From assembly GCF_023055435.1 (NCBI RefSeq), contig NW_025963835.1:15314001-15378000 (forward strand): a DNA stretch of 64,000 nucleotides, read 5' to 3'. Position 1 is the stretch's first letter, and the number at the start of each line of letters is the position of its first letter. Origin of the DNA: Haliotis rufescens. Taxonomy: Eukaryota. The position numbers were made by a program, and so were the translations under genes. The notes below the pieces were generated by a model. That model had not been told where the DNA came from and did no database searches. It was given only the letters and a program-made list of their open reading frames with translations. This document shows, piece by piece, positions 1-13,831 of this stretch.

Positions 1-338
1 TCGTGTTGATATATTTGATAGCAAAAGACACTCGGGTGAGATTCTCTTTGTGTTTATCATCGAAATGACGTCAACATTTCTTCAGCTATGATATTGTCCC
101 GGAAAACTCTCGGAAAGAGGTTATGCTTCAGACTGTTGGGGAAAAAAAGAAATTGTCTGCCACCAACATTACTCATAGTTTTAAATAAAAATAAAAATAT
201 GTAGCGTTAAAACCAACTCACTCACTCACTTAACATGATGTTATTCAATATTTCAATATTTCCAGGTTGATGCCAGTTTCTGCAACGGAGAGCTGAATCC
301 CCTAAGCTCGCCCAGAGCGGAACACCCAGCTCAGAGAT

Positions 339-2513
339 ATGCCAATAGAAACCGACATAGATGTTCTCCTGTCTTGTTATCTGGCAGACAGTGACAGATC
401 ACCACATGTCTCCACCGGGAGGCAGCGGGGACGAAGCGACGTGAGCCCAGCCGACGTCGTTATCGTTGAAGCTACCGATACTGAAGGAGCTGCAGATACA
501 CACACCCAGCTGCCAGCTGCACGTGACGCAGAGGGAGGTGACGATTACGTCATTACATGCAACTTCCACGATGAGGTCGTCACACCAACAGCTAGGGCTC
601 ATCAGCTATCCACGAATGCCACCGCTGACATGCGTCTTGGAATCAGTCAGGACACTAAACATAAGTCTAATGGCGGAAGAAAAAGACCTAGAAATATGAC
701 CATATCCACTTCACCATCATGTTCAGACACTTTAAATGGTGGAAGTTCCGGTATAGGCTACCACGCAGGACAGGAAGTAAGGACATCACGAATTAGTCAT
801 GGTTGCGGGGACATCGTACCTTCAATAACAGACAACGGTGATCTGGCCTCGGCAACACGCAGGGGTTCTACTGATGGCAAACACTATGGCCACGTTTCAC
901 ATCCAGCTGAAGTAAGCTTATACACATCTATGGCAGAGACTCAACCAGGTGATGGGTCTGGTAGAGAGCCATGTAAGAAACAGAAGTTAATGGTGGACCA
1001 TGACATAACATGTATGGATACGTCGACATATGAATATCTGGCAACCGTTTCTTGTGACAATGTTGCGTATTACCCAACACGGAGTAATGGGAGTTGGTAT
1101 GTTCCTGAGAAAGGAGCACGTAAACCCCACTCTGACTGTGAGCATCCTCTACACTCTCTGTCTCGATGTTGCGAGAAAATGTCCCATGGTAGTGCTCTGA
1201 AGTCGCTGGTCGACGACATGGCGGCAGAAGTGACTGGACACTCGGAGAAGATGTATTTAGAGTATATAAAGAGTCGTTGGTTTGATCCCAGGGCTGGAGC
1301 ATGTGACGTGGCTGGTGGTACGGCAAATGGACGGTCTACTCTAACGTGGCACCTTCCTGTGACGCCTTGTAGCGCGGACACCCTGAACACACTGAAGGCC
1401 AAGGTCAATCACACCGTCATGAGTGTTTCTGGAGGGACGGTCATAGAACACCAACGGCAGGACAGTCTTATTGATGGGGACAATGACAATGGCTGTGGGA
1501 AACGAGTTGAAAATGGCCTGTATGGTCACAGTGAAAGTTCTGAATTAGTTGGAGGAACGTCTTTCCCTGCTGTTGTTTGTGGAGCATCAAGTTTGGGGGA
1601 AGGTGATGAGACGGGTAATGCGACTTACAAAGCAGTACAGGACAGTGGGCCATCAAGCGAAGAAGTCGGTGCAGGGCATATGCCGTATTCAGAAAACCAA
1701 GAAACGAGTCCCCCGTGTTACAGTGCTGAATACGTCAGACGTGTTCTGAACAGGCGGATGTACATATTGGATACGGAGTTTCCTTCACGGAGAAGATCGG
1801 GGTTTCCTTCCCTGACACATCACTCAGGATATAATTCGTCAGAGAGAACCAACTCACCGTCACTTCACCACACTACAGTATCAACCAACCCATCATCACT
1901 TCCCCAAACCAGAAAAGCAACGTTGAGGTATCCTTTGCGTGAGGAGCAAGGAACAGTTACCTCCAACCACTCATCAGCCAAGGATACCCAACTCCTTCCC
2001 TCCTTACAGGGTTGCCCTAAAAGGTGTGACGCTGTGCATATGAATGCCATTCATCAGTCTGATCAACTACAAAGTTCCCGTGTCTCGACTGAAGTTGAGG
2101 AAGAGTGTTCGACACCCACAACCACATTTACAGATTCAGCAACCGGAAGCACCCTTTCTGATTTCAGGGCCTTGGTTGAAGCCTTTGATAGTGAAGAGTC
2201 CGTGTCACGCCAAGGGGAAATGGTAATCGACCCTGTAAATGGTGCTTGTCAAGGCACATCTGCAACTGCCTCAAAGCCTGGGTTGTCTCTCCACAAACCC
2301 CTTCCAAAGTCACAACAGATGATATACACGTGTTCTCTGTGTGGTCGCGATAATCTGTCAAGGAAAACCGTCCGGCGTCACAAGGCACGGAACTATGACT
2401 GCCCGAAGTGCAAGAAGAAATTTTGTCTTCAAGAACTGTTGGTGAAGCATAAAAAGTTCAAGTTGTGTGGCCTGGAAGACGGAACACTGATGACGGACAT
2501 TGCCGGTGTGTGA
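339..2513 (+). CDS. Uncharacterised 724-aa low-complexity protein with two C-terminal C2H2-like zinc fingers; apparently a single coding exon
   Basis: Long ORF ending CSLCGRDNLSRKTVRRH...CPKCKKKFCLQELLVKH. Acceptor tttccag at 259-265, with an in-frame stop before the ATG at 339. AATAAA at about 2569. Confidence 0.7.
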   Translation: MPIETDIDVLLSCYLADSDRSPHVSTGRQRGRSDVSPADVVIVEATDTEGAADTHTQLPAARDAEGGDDYVITCNFHDEVVTPTARAHQLSTNATADMRLGISQDTKHKSNGGRKRPRNMTISTSPSCSDTLNGGSSGIGYHAGQEVRTSRISHGCGDIVPSITDNGDLASATRRGSTDGKHYGHVSHPAEVSLYTSMAETQPGDGSGREPCKKQKLMVDHDITCMDTSTYEYLATVSCDNVAYYPTRSNGSWYVPEKGARKPHSDCEHPLHSLSRCCEKMSHGSALKSLVDDMAAEVTGHSEKMYLEYIKSRWFDPRAGACDVAGGTANGRSTLTWHLPVTPCSADTLNTLKAKVNHTVMSVSGGTVIEHQRQDSLIDGDNDNGCGKRVENGLYGHSESSELVGGTSFPAVVCGASSLGEGDETGNATYKAVQDSGPSSEEVGAGHMPYSENQETSPPCYSAEYVRRVLNRRMYILDTEFPSRRRSGFPSLTHHSGYNSSERTNSPSLHHTTVSTNPSSLPQTRKATLRYPLREEQGTVTSNHSSAKDTQLLPSLQGCPKRCDAVHMNAIHQSDQLQSSRVSTEVEEECSTPTTTFTDSATGSTLSDFRALVEAFDSEESVSRQGEMVIDPVNGACQGTSATASKPGLSLHKPLPKSQQMIYTCSLCGRDNLSRKTVRRHKARNYDCPKCKKKFCLQELLVKHKKFKLCGLEDGTLMTDIAGV

Positions 2514-3352
2514 CGTCCTTGGACGTTTCGGAGTAGATGTGTATATACACGTGTAAAATATAGGTTAAGAATAAAAGCTTTCAAGATGAAACATGGTCTA
2601 GAGTGGCGAGTGGTGAAACAATTTTACAATTCATTCACACATGCAAACTTTTTGTGTGAGTGAGTCAGCTGGGTTTAACGTTGTATTTAACAGTATCTCA
2701 GTTATATCACGGCGTGTCAGCTTAGTGTGGGAGGAAAGTGATGCATGTCTCAGATATTTACCTCTTTGGTGAAACCCACGAGGTATGGTGCTGACAAACC
2801 TAGAACAATAATCGGGGAGATCCGGGATTCGAATCCACAATCAAATGTTTCTTGCGTGTCCAATGTACACAGTTCTGCTCAGAGAATTGTGGTGCCTAAG
2901 ACGGCTGGGCTCGATATTTTTCGACCGCCTCGACTCATTACACACTGCACATTGCCCTGATATCCTGACATCATCCTCTGGAAAACCCACACTTGTTATA
3001 CACTGATTGTGTCGGCACTCAGCACAGCTAATTACCTACTCCTGACGACCCTCTGTAGAATAATGATAACTAATTATACACTGATTGCGTCTGCTCATTA
3101 CTTTCTACTCATGACGATCTACTCAACAATGAAGACTAGTTATTAATTAATGTCTGTGTCTGTTCGTTACACAACCTGGTCTAGGTCGGATGGTCCGGCT
3201 CGATGACTTGATAGATGCTTGTAACCGTATCCCAATTGCGTAGATCGATGCTCATGATGAGAATTTCTAGATTGTCTGGTGGATGCTCGATTATTGACAG
3301 ACTGACGTCATATTGCTGAGTGTGGCGGTGTTAACATTTTACAACTTTTGAG

Positions 3353-3637
3353 TGAGTGAGTGAGTGAGTTGGGTTTAACGCCGCTTTTAACAGTATTCCA
3401 GTTATATCGCGGCGTGTCAGCTTAATGTGGGAGGAAAGCCCGAAGTGATGCAGGTCTTAGACGTTTACCACTTCGGTGAAACCCACGAGCACGGGTATGG
3501 TGCTGACAAACCTAGAAACATAATCGGGGCGAACCGGGATTCGAACCCACAATCATAGGTTTCTGGCGTGCCCAAGGGACGCAACTCTGCACAGCGAATC
3601 GCGGCGCCTTAGACGACTGGGCCACCCGTGCCCCCTC
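3353..3637 (-). mobile_element. Full-length tRNA-derived SINE (family A) with (ACTC)n tail and 12-bp TSD
   Basis: The minus strand starts GGGGCACGGGTGGCCCAGTCGTCTAAGG (A box) and later has GGTTCGAATCCC (B box). ACAACTTTTGAG flanks it at 3341-3352 and 3638-3649. Other copies at about 2655-2910, 4090-4297, 27190-27360, 32055-32305, 35500-35740, 36245-36505, 43035-43550 and 45520-45815. Confidence 0.85.
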
Positions 3638-4373
3638 ACAACTTTTGAGGTTCAGTCGAGCATGATTTTTCTACCAAGATCTCAAAGAGCGTCATACGAC
3701 TCAAAGGTTGTTTGATCAAGGTTCAACATTCAAGGCCTCAGTAAACCTTTCAAAGAGTTTATGGTAGAGGTGTGGAGGACATTTCCAAATTTGACGCATC
3801 AGTGACAAAAATGATGTCGGATGTAATTCCCTAGTTTTCCGAAGTTGAGAAAAGTGAACACTTTGACGGACTTATTGTCATACAAGAATTACCTCCCCTC
3901 AAATTGTCTCCCTTTATCGTAAGTGGCCCGAACAAACTGTTGACTTCCCTTTTACGTTAGTTGACACATTGACTAGGCAAAATAATGACAGATAGTCATT
4001 TATGGAGTTAATATCGCTTCATGCCGTTTGTTATTCTCTTGAAAATGTTTCGTTATAAACTGTAAATTTCTTCCTTAACTCGTCAATCAAGACTGTGTCA
4101 GCTGAATGTGGGAAGAAAGCCCGAAGTGATGTAGGTTTCAGTCGTTTACCAATTCGGTGAAACCAACGAGCACGGGTATGGTGCTGACAAACCAAGAAAC
4201 ATAATCGGGTCGAAACCAGGATTCGAACCCACAATCATTGGTTTCAGGTGTGCCCAAGGGACGCAACTCTGCACAGCAAATCGCGGCGCCTTAGACGCGC
4301 TGATTTTACTAAACTTGTGTAAGAATCCATAGTGACACAATCGACTCATGCAGAGATTTCTTATGAATATGAA

Positions 4374-4540
4374 GGGTGGTAGGCTAGCCTGGTTAAAGAA
4401 TTCACTCGTCACGGGGAAGATCCGGGTTCAATTTCCCACATGTGTACGATGTGTGAAGCCCATTTCTGGTGTCCCCTTTCGTGATTTTGCTGGAATATTG
4501 CTAAAAGCGGCGTAAAACCACACTCACTCACTCACTCACT
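4374..4540 (+). mobile_element. Short tRNA-derived SINE (family B) with (ACTC)n tail
   Basis: TAGCCT(A)G(T)GGTTAA A box, GGTTC(G)ATT B box, 3' GCTGGAATATTGCTAAAAGCGGCGTAAAAC tail. Copies at about 19230-19378(-), 31540-31645, 47815-47960 and 56515-56675(-). Confidence 0.75.
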
Positions 4541-6564
4541 ATGAATATGGAAAAGGGTTTTTTCCCTTTATTTATTTTTATTCGTTGCACTATGAGTGTC
4601 TGTTCATTGCACAATCTACTCCTGACAACCACCTGTAACCTTGTCACGATTTCCCATGAATTTGCCCACATAAGCTGACTCACAAAAAAAATTTAAAATT
4701 TTTTTAGTCTTGTAATACTATTGTATACTGACAGTGCAACACAAATCTTGACACTTTGCAAAACTTATTGCAAAAACTGGAAATTAACGGTTCAGTTATC
4801 ACAAGAGATACCTTTTCATCACCTGGGGGTAATACCTTAAAAATAACTAAACAGTACAAATGTCTTGGTATTATTTTCCAAAACAGTTCCATGGCATTCT
4901 TAGTAAAGCAATACATTGTAGCATAGCCACAATTATTGGACTTATTTCATGTTTGTTTTTCACATTAAGTTGACGTGCAGTAATATAATCGACACACTCT
5001 AAACAATGGTGTTAAACCAAACCCATTCTATCAAGTTTGATTCAGAAAACTGCTTGTGAATTTGAGGAAGCAGCAGTACAAATTATTTACAGTGATACAC
5101 ATGTCCACCAGTGGACAATTGGAAGGACTATCATTTTTTGCCACAAATCAAGGCGTTTACGAAAAGCACATGTCTGAATTAAGCTAAATTCTACTCTGAA
5201 TGCTCAGGCACTGATTTTGTAATATGACTTTCGAATTTAACTTTTTAGAAACTCAACTGAACATTTTGGAAATTTGAGTTGTAGAATCAACATTTGTTTA
5301 AAACTGACTTTGGTCAAAATATGTTTATCAAACAATATTTGATGTTTTGATAACTGTGCGGTGCTGGTGTTATATTTTACAGGCTTTTCCATTTGAAGAG
5401 CCTGTATTCCCTTCAAGGTGAGCTGAAATAGGGCTTAATGTTGCATTCAAGCAACATGAACTAGTCCGGACTAATGCCAGTTTTTTACAGTGACGGCCAA
5501 CAGAGATACTATGATGCAGTTTAACATGGATACCCAACTGAAACATCATATACAGACTTCGAGACAAGTTGTTGTTTTATTTCCTTATTACCAAACGCTG
5601 GGCAAGGTGACGCAGCCAGAGGATTCAACCACAGACCTTCCATGCTCCAGGCAGATGTTCTATCCACCTCACGATGGAGTTGGTCTATTCTCCTTGAAGT
5701 TCACGAAAAAGACATTGATCTTTACAAACACTTACGTTTGTTATGTACTATTACAACATGCAATTTGCAAACATAACTTGGACATAGAAAGGAGCAGTTG
5801 GACACAAGTTCCACATAATGAAAATGTGACATGAGTTGAGGTGGAACAATGAGAAGTCCTACATTGCCTGGGTTTACTCATTACAAAACCTCCTCCTCGC
5901 TTAGGTTATTTGTTTGTTGTTTAACGCTGCACTCAGCAATATTCCAGCTATATGACAGCGGTCTGTAAATAACTGAGCCTGGACCAGATAATCCAGTGAT
6001 TGACATCATGAGCATGAGGATAAGATGAAATGCATCAACCAAGTCAACGAGCCTGACCACCTGACAAACATGGGTTGCTGAAGACCTCTTCTAACCCGTA
6101 TCTTTCTTCACTTAGAGACAACTGTCCATAAATAGATGACAGGTCAAGCATCTACAACAAACCTTTTGAACTGAGAATATGATTCCTAATGACCACAACA
6201 GCATCTTGAAGTCTGAAAAAAGCACTGGCATCAGTGGTCAAGAACAAAAACACAACTTACTTTCAGTAACAAAATTTACTGACATTTGAATGAGGGCACA
6301 AGCATGAACAATCCATGTCACAGTAAACCAGCTACTTGATTCACATCATTGATCATTCCAAAGTATATCTAACTCTAGCAAGGGAACAAATGGGCCTCTG
6401 GAAAATATATCTAAATTATTTGACTAGCATAGTAACTGTACCAAGTCCATGACATAATCTTGTTCAACATAGGTTAAAAAAGGACGCCGAAAGAAATGCA
6501 CTTAAGTTATCAAACACTTCAGACACATTTGCCCAGAGGTAGATTTAAGAATGGACTACATGCA

Positions 6565-9500
6565 TCACGTGGATCGAAGCCTTTTCTTTGCAGGTTCTGA
6601 TTCTTCTAATACCTCTGTTATCTCTATCTGAGAACCGGCCACTTCAGTTTGTCCATTCTGTATTAAGGCAGCGGCTGAGTTGGCTGCGTCCTGGTCCATC
6701 TGAGTATGGTCAATGACAAGGGAGTTCTGATCAGTGGTACTGTCAGTGTTCTGCTGACCGGACTCATCCTCTACACACATGACAAGACAGGGGGACACAA
6801 GTTCTGTAGTAGTTTGAATGTTGGGACCTGCTGCACCAACACCATTCTCACTCACACTCTGGTCCTTGGGAGCACATTCCTGTTTGATGTGAACGATATG
6901 ATGTCCGTCACCCACAACATGAGTCTCTTCCACCTTCTCCGGCTCGTCATTGATGTGGATTTCGTAAGAATCGGGTGAAATATGGACTATGTTGGAGCTG
7001 ACGACCAGCTCCTGTGGTAGTCGTGTGATGAAGGCCTGTCTGAGAGATGCCAGCTGGGCACTGAGCAGGTCCTTGTGCTGCTGCTGCAGTGAGGTCAACA
7101 TATCCTGCATATTGATCTGTTCTGTCAGTTGCAGTTGGTTGAGAAGCTCCTGCTCTCTCCGCTTGTACAAGTTGATCTCCTCAGCCTGAGCTTGGATCTA
7201 CAACAGTAGAGGATCATATTCACCGGATGGAATACTCATCTAAATTGGGCATCAGTTGCTCATAGTAATATTGCCTGGCTGATAGTGTCGTCAATGCAGA
7301 TAGTGTCCTACTGGGTTAATTATGTAAAGAATAAATCATTTCAAGACTGATGTGAAATAGCTGTAATATTGCTGTCTATATTGAAACCCCTATGTACTCC
7401 TACAATGATTTGGTTGGTTGGTTGGTTTGTTGGTTTGTTGTTTAACACCACACTCAGCAATATTCCAGCTATATGACGGCGGTCTGTAAATAATCAAGTC
7501 TGGAACAGACAATCCAGTGATTTATATCATGAACATCAATCCACGCAATTGGGATACGACATGCATCAACCAAGTCAGCGAGCCTGAACTCCTTCAATGA
7601 CACATTCAACATGCCCCTGTCGGGATTCTAGTTTGAACTGGTTTGAGATGGGCAAACTCCATTGGAATGGATTTATGCTCATCATATAAATCACTGAATT
7701 TCCTGATCCAGACTTGATTATCGACATATACCTGGAATATTGCTGACAGTGGCTTTAAATAAACATACCCAGACCTTTAAACACTAACCTTTCGTCCAAG
7801 TAGGTATTGATATTACATGTATTCTAGCCCATATGTAAAATCAATAAAAAAGATTCCCATGAGCAAAGACTGTCAGAGAAGTAGAATGAGAAGGTTAGGT
7901 CTCCTCTGAGAGTATTAATTAGATAATGGAATAGAAAGATTCAAACACAAAACATTTCATCACTAACTTGTGATCTGTTCTGGTCAAGTTCTGCCTTTAG
8001 TTGTGCTTTCTCTTCCTCCAGTCTTTGACAACGGATTTCTGCAGACTCGTACTTCCTCTCAAGAGACTGTTTCGGATCAAGATAACTTACATCCTGAAAT
8101 AGATGTTTACTTAGATGATTAGTAATTCCTTTTAAAAGCATTGGCCATGTTTTCATTTTTCTCTACAGAAACTGCTTCAGGTGAAATATTCATGCAATCA
8201 AAAGTGACACACATGTTGAGCTTTTACAGCTAATTCATCTATTATCTACCAAGTCTGAAAAAAACCTTGTATTTTCTATATCCAATTTAATTCTCACATT
8301 TAACAAAATAATTGCTTAACTTCTCCTACAATACCTGCGAGTACATTATTGGTTAATAACTTTAATGAATTGTTATGTATGTGCTGCCTATAGAATAAAT
8401 GTAATGATGTATGAACCTCTGTTGATATTATCTGTGTTCCGAACGTGTTTTCTATCTGAGCTGCCTCCAACTGTTCCTCTGATATGATCATGATTGTTTG
8501 ACCATCGGCAGCATTTATTGTCTCGTTGGCAGCAATGGACACCTGAACAGTTCCGTCGGACGTCTTACACACACCATTACTTGTCAATACTGCTGCAAAG
8601 AATGATTGCTCTTAAATAGGTGCAACGTCAGGTTCTCCAGCTTACATAAATTCAGGGACAATTTTGCAACATACTGGAATACATTATGTTTCCCACCATG
8701 AATAACGAATTCATCCAGTGCTAGGTCATAATAAATGAAAACCATATGTTTTGAGCAGTGAGCGCGACCTACCATGGCTTCTTACAATACATCGTCTAAC
8801 TGGCCATATGACACTCTGATCAACCAGCCAGAGAGTGTGTCCTTAAGTGTGATCCAAATCAGAACAAGGAAATAAACAGTAAACTGCTATCATTTGGATT
8901 GGTCATAGTGCCAATGTTTACACTTTCAAAGCTATATAATTTAGAACTTGTTACAAATATTTCATCAAAATTGACTAAAGGTATGCTAAATTTTCAGGTT
9001 ATCCCCAGACAGCTTTTTTTTGTCCTGCGATCTCAACAAGTAGGACACGCCAGGCATTGTATATTTACACCATTGAAATTCATCATGTTTATAAAAAGTC
9101 CACAACCCTTACACATTTATCCCCTGGACCAGTTAAACATGTCGAGTTCATACTTTAAGGTGAAAAACAAAACAAAAACAAGCCTTGGCATCACTTGGGA
9201 TACTGAATGGTTTTATAACCATTATTATGCGAGTTCTGAGCCATGCAAATAAAGATACATGGGCTGATGGTGAAGGAAGATGGAGAAACAGGTTTACTTA
9301 CTATGGTCTGTTGTGGCAAGACAGGCAGCCTGAGTGAGGGCAGGGTGTATGATGTCCTGGTCAGAACAAATACTGTGGGTGGTGTCAGCAGCACTGCTGC
9401 TACACTGATTCACCTCCTGATACAAACCAAACAACTCCATATCAAAGAATGATGATCAAGATAAAGAAGAAATGAGCATGATAAAGAACATAGGGATATC

Positions 9501-11447
9501 CTTACAGCTTCCATTTACTTAGCTCAACAAACTTCAAATTATCTTAAATTTAGTTCAAGCCTTTTCCAATCATTGTCAACACATTCATGGCCATCAAATC
9601 CTTTAAATTGTCCACTTCAGAAAAGTATTCCATTAATAATGCTAATCAAGATAAATAGGAACACCTCAATCCACAATATATCAGCTCCTTATCATGCCAA
9701 TATAGAAACTGAAACTGATCATGAATACACAATGCCATACAGATTGTACAGATTCTCATACTTTTATGGGTTAAGTCCCGTCCGGGATTCAAACCCACAC
9801 TTGCCAGAGTGAGGCACCAAATCGCCAGCACTGAAAGTCAGCGATCTAACTGATCAGTGATACACATGTCACTTATTCTTGTTAAATCCAGTGTTCATTA
9901 CAAGTAACATTACAATGTGTGAAAACAAAAACCCAAAAGCCCATTCAAGCTAGTGCGAATTCAGTTTGACCAAAATGCCTAATGACCTAGACAGTTCTAG
10001 GTCCCGTTCTACAAAGCGATGACTGTCGTAAGCCCACGTTGAAGACAGGAGTTATGATTGACATAGCTCTATGATCGCTGTCGAAGATGGTCTTGGCTGA
10101 TTTGTCATGGTTGTCAGATAATGCATAACCCTTAAAAATGGCACACTTCTACAAGTCCTTATCATACCTTAACTATTGGGCACATTAGCAAGAACTATAG
10201 GACCAGTGCCAATTTCTAAAGCTGCTATGTTTGCATGACTCAGTACATAGACTACATACTGTCTTAACAGATGACTTACTTGAGCAATTTGTATTTGGAA
10301 GGTTGTTTGTGGATTTCTGAAGTGTGTCTTGTAATGTTTGATAGCCTCGTCTCGTCTGTTGAAGCCATTTCTACACTTGTAACAATGCCAGTGAGCTCCT
10401 TTGAACTTCTTTTCTCCCTTTATTACACCAACAATATCACAGTGGTCACAACATCGTAACACTTTCAAACCTGAAATTTATAATAATTAAGTTGCTTGGT
10501 AATGTGAAAACCCATGACTAACCAACAGTTTACAAAAAGTACTGATACATCATCATGGTCAGAAGTGGCTTTATAAACACTAAAGTAAGTAAGTCAATCA
10601 AAAACTGAATGAACTTGTGGCAAAAAATTACACAGTAATCAATGGCCTTTTTTTTATATCCATTGATCATTCATGAACAGTGCGCAATTTGGTTAGCAGT
10701 TTGCAAAATTAATTAACCTAAAACTAGGCTGTCACAGCCTTTCACTAAAAAAAACATAATAATATTCTTTCAGCTTAGTCAATCTTTTGAAAGGTTCCCT
10801 AACAAAAGAAACATGCATAAGGACATGATTGAACAGAAAATGTTGCTAATTTTATGGAACATAAAAACATGTTTCATGGCAATTCACTGTGCAAATAATT
10901 ACAGCTTTAACATAGAATACAGTTCTAACAGGACCATAATTATTATAAACATGATGACTTTAGATTTGGCACTTATTGTGAAACTTTGTAAATATTACTT
11001 TTTAAAAGTCTACAATGTCCACATAAGACTAAAATATGAATTGACACATGGATAGACGTATTGCGTATTGTTTGGTGTAAAGCCAGCATACATAGATACA
11101 TTGGTAAACTTGTCACCCTTTACAGGTGCAGATATAATAGGGGTGACAGATACATGTACATGACCTTGACAAAGGCCATAAGTAATCTAACCAGGATTAC
11201 ATAACAAAAATAACTGCTAGTTTTTTGGTGGTTTGTGAAAAGAAATTTACCTACCAGCAAACTCAATTCCTTTGTCAACATGCTTGACTCTGTAGTGAGC
11301 TTTCAGTATGACGGGATCCTGGTATGAGTCGGACTTCACACAGAAAGGACAGTGCATATGTGGGGTCTTGTTGTTGCATGACGTGTCTTGACACACACTG
11401 GGGGAGTAGTTGTTTTCAGTGCCCTTGATTCGAACGCTTGGATGTGT
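6565..11447 (-). CDS. Uncharacterised multi-exon protein with two HxHCxxC...H..H zinc-finger-like motifs and a coiled coil; 5' end uncertain
   Basis: Frame-consistent GT-AG exons 11255-11447, 10280-10470, 9302-9416, 8417-8592, 7968-8093 and 6565-7197. Motifs HMHCPFC..AHYRVKH and HWHCYKC..KHYKTH. Possible start exon 13110-13136 (MCTGVSQRP). Confidence 0.75.
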
Positions 11448-11799
11448 CTAAACATATAGGTCAACCACTCAGAAAATATTATTCATGTTCAACAATCATA
11501 AAATTAAGTGTCACAATTTTTGCACCTACACTGTTATGCATCAACACTTAAATTACACAACAATCAGATGCACTATTGCAAACTACAAAAGCTATGAAAA
11601 TGGAATAGGAAATTTCCAAGATTTAATAAGTATTGAAAGGATATCCTTCTATCAACTGTCTAAAAACATTAATATAATTTGAAACAGACAAATGTTAGGA
11701 AATGAATAGATTTCCTCATACTCCACATGGATGTTAACCATCAATTGACATATTATTATTTGTTTTCAAAATAGCTCAGACAATCTGTTAACAGTCACA

Positions 11800-12040
11800 G
11801 GTCTTCAGCAACCCATGCTTGCCGTAAAAGGCGACTATATATGTTTGTCGTAAGAGGCGACTAAAGTGATCGGGTGTCAGGCTCGCTGACTTGGTTGAAG
11901 CATGTCATCGATCCCAACTGCGTGGAGCAATGCTCATGATATCAATCACTGGATTGTCTGGTCCAGACTCAATTAATTACAGGCCGCCATCATATAGCTG
12001 GAATATTGCTGAGTGAGGCATAAAACAACAATCCAACCAA
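11800..12040 (+). mobile_element. Abundant retroposon (family C) with GCTGGAATATTGCTGAGTGCGGCGTTAAAC(AAAC)n 3' end
   Basis: The same sequence recurs in both orientations at about 3185-3335, 5910-6100, 7410-7590, 15805-16055, 27060-27190, 30560-30735, 33245-33470, 35785-36060, 44140-44340, 54600-54810 and 56775-57003. Confidence 0.75.
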
Positions 12041-12099
12041 TCACAGCAAAGTGTTTAAAATACTATTAAAAAAGTAGTTAAAAGTATGTTATACAGTAA

Positions 12100-12604
12100 C
12101 AGAGATCCAGAAAAGCTGCGCATCTGCGTAAAATATGCATCAGAAATGCAGAAATACGCAGTAAAATATATCCAAGCGTATCAAATACGCAACGAACATT
12201 ACAGATACGCTACAAAAATAAAACTTGTGTGTATATTCAAAATATTGTGAAGTAACCCTGCGTATTCGATTGGCAAATCAGCAACTTATTTTGAAATTAT
12301 AAACGGGCATTCTGTCAACCTTGCCAACCTCCACGATGACAGTTACATCATGATCATTTGCCATCACACTTTCTTGTGGAGGTATCGTGGTATTTTTGAG
12401 TCCTATAAAGCTCTCGAACCCACACAACACCAGTTTGCAGGGACTAGATGAATAGTGTTTTTAAATATTTAACTTAAATACCCACATGTGTAAAAACTAG
12501 TGGGTAACAGAAATTTGAATACCCAGATAGAATAGCTGATACGCAGTGATTTTAAAATGCATGGGTAAGATACCCACAACACCAAAAGCTTATCTGGAGC
12601 TCTG
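12100..12604. mobile_element. MITE with CAGAGCTCCAGATAAGC-type TIRs (hAT-like)
   Basis: Left cagagatccagaaaagc, right gcttatctggagctctg. A related copy lies at 53574-53958, with single ends near 17296 and 42569. Confidence 0.55.
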
Positions 12605-13329
12605 CAGTAACCATGCTAGTCACTAGTGCAAGACCATTCAGGTAATGGTAATGATGAGCTTTTCTTGGCTGCTGAATCCAAAGTTGCTGATGTTGCGTTC
12701 TACTTCATAGCTTAGTATTAGACAAACTTTTTATTTGAATTACTGCTACAACTAAAGATCAATCAATAAATAACATCAGATTTTGCACCTATTGAACAGT
12801 TCTGTTGGCGCAAAATCTGATGCTATCTGTTGATTGATGATGTCATAATGTTTGTATATGACACCCACAAGGCCCTTTTCGCCCAATGCCTGTGAATTAC
12901 TTTCGCAGTACACAAAGATAATAAAAGTAAAAGCTGTATTTATAAAACAGAAATTCAACATTTTCACATTACTTGAGGTTGTCACTGAGAATTTGTGGCC
13001 ATGTAATATGTTCAGCTATGAAAACCCTAAAACACATGATTAGCATTTATCCACACAAGTTACAGATTCTTGTTCGCCCCTGACTTGACTAGCCTACTAG
13101 TACACTTACAGGCCGTTGTGATACACCTGTACACATTGTGACATTGCTGATTGTGTCATAAATCAGGATTTACTCAACATTCCTACTCATTCATTTTCAT
13201 ATTTTCACACTTTTCATTTTCCATTCAGAAACTTGCTTTGGATTTTCAGGCAGGTCAAAGTCAAGAATACTTTTTGGTCATACAGAAAAACAAAATTAAG
13301 TTCACTTAACACGATATGCACGCTCCTAC

Positions 13330-13831
13330 CGTTCCATGAAAGTTAACCCATCGATAACGTAAGTGCCAAGCATAAAATATATGTATTAAAAGTTATAAAA
13401 TGAAATTGACTTGGAAAAAAGCGTCTGCTACAAACATTGAAACTAACAGTTCACAAATATTACAACCAAAATGGCGCTGATCATTTTCAAAACCGTTGTT
13501 GGTGACACCCTGACTTACAACGAATGTCAGTGGATTCATCTTGCTGCAGTGGGTTTTCTGTAGTGTCACATTCGCTTTGATCTGATTTGTCGCTTCTGTT
13601 ATACGGGTTGCAATTTGCTCTTCCCTCCGTGCACCTTTGTGTAAACGTCATGAAATGTTCAGTGGTACTTTCAATGACGTCACGTCTTCTGCCTGCTTTT
13701 AACTTCGGGTTGCTCCGTAAAGATAATTATTATTACGGAAGTGCTCGTGGATTGGCGGAAACAGCCGATATATAACGAAGACCGCTGCACAGACAGAAGT
13801 TGACACTTCCGCGTCCACTTGTCTGTAAAAG
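13330..13831. promoter_or_regulatory. Putative bidirectional promoter between the minus-strand zinc-finger gene and ADAT2/NDH-2, including the non-coding first exons
   Basis: Relatively CpG-rich. YY1-like AAAATGGCG at about 13468, CRE TGACGTCA at about 13675, ETS-like CGGAAGT at about 13736. Donor-like sites on (-) at 13329 and on (+) AAG|GTAAAC at 13831/13832. Confidence 0.5.
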
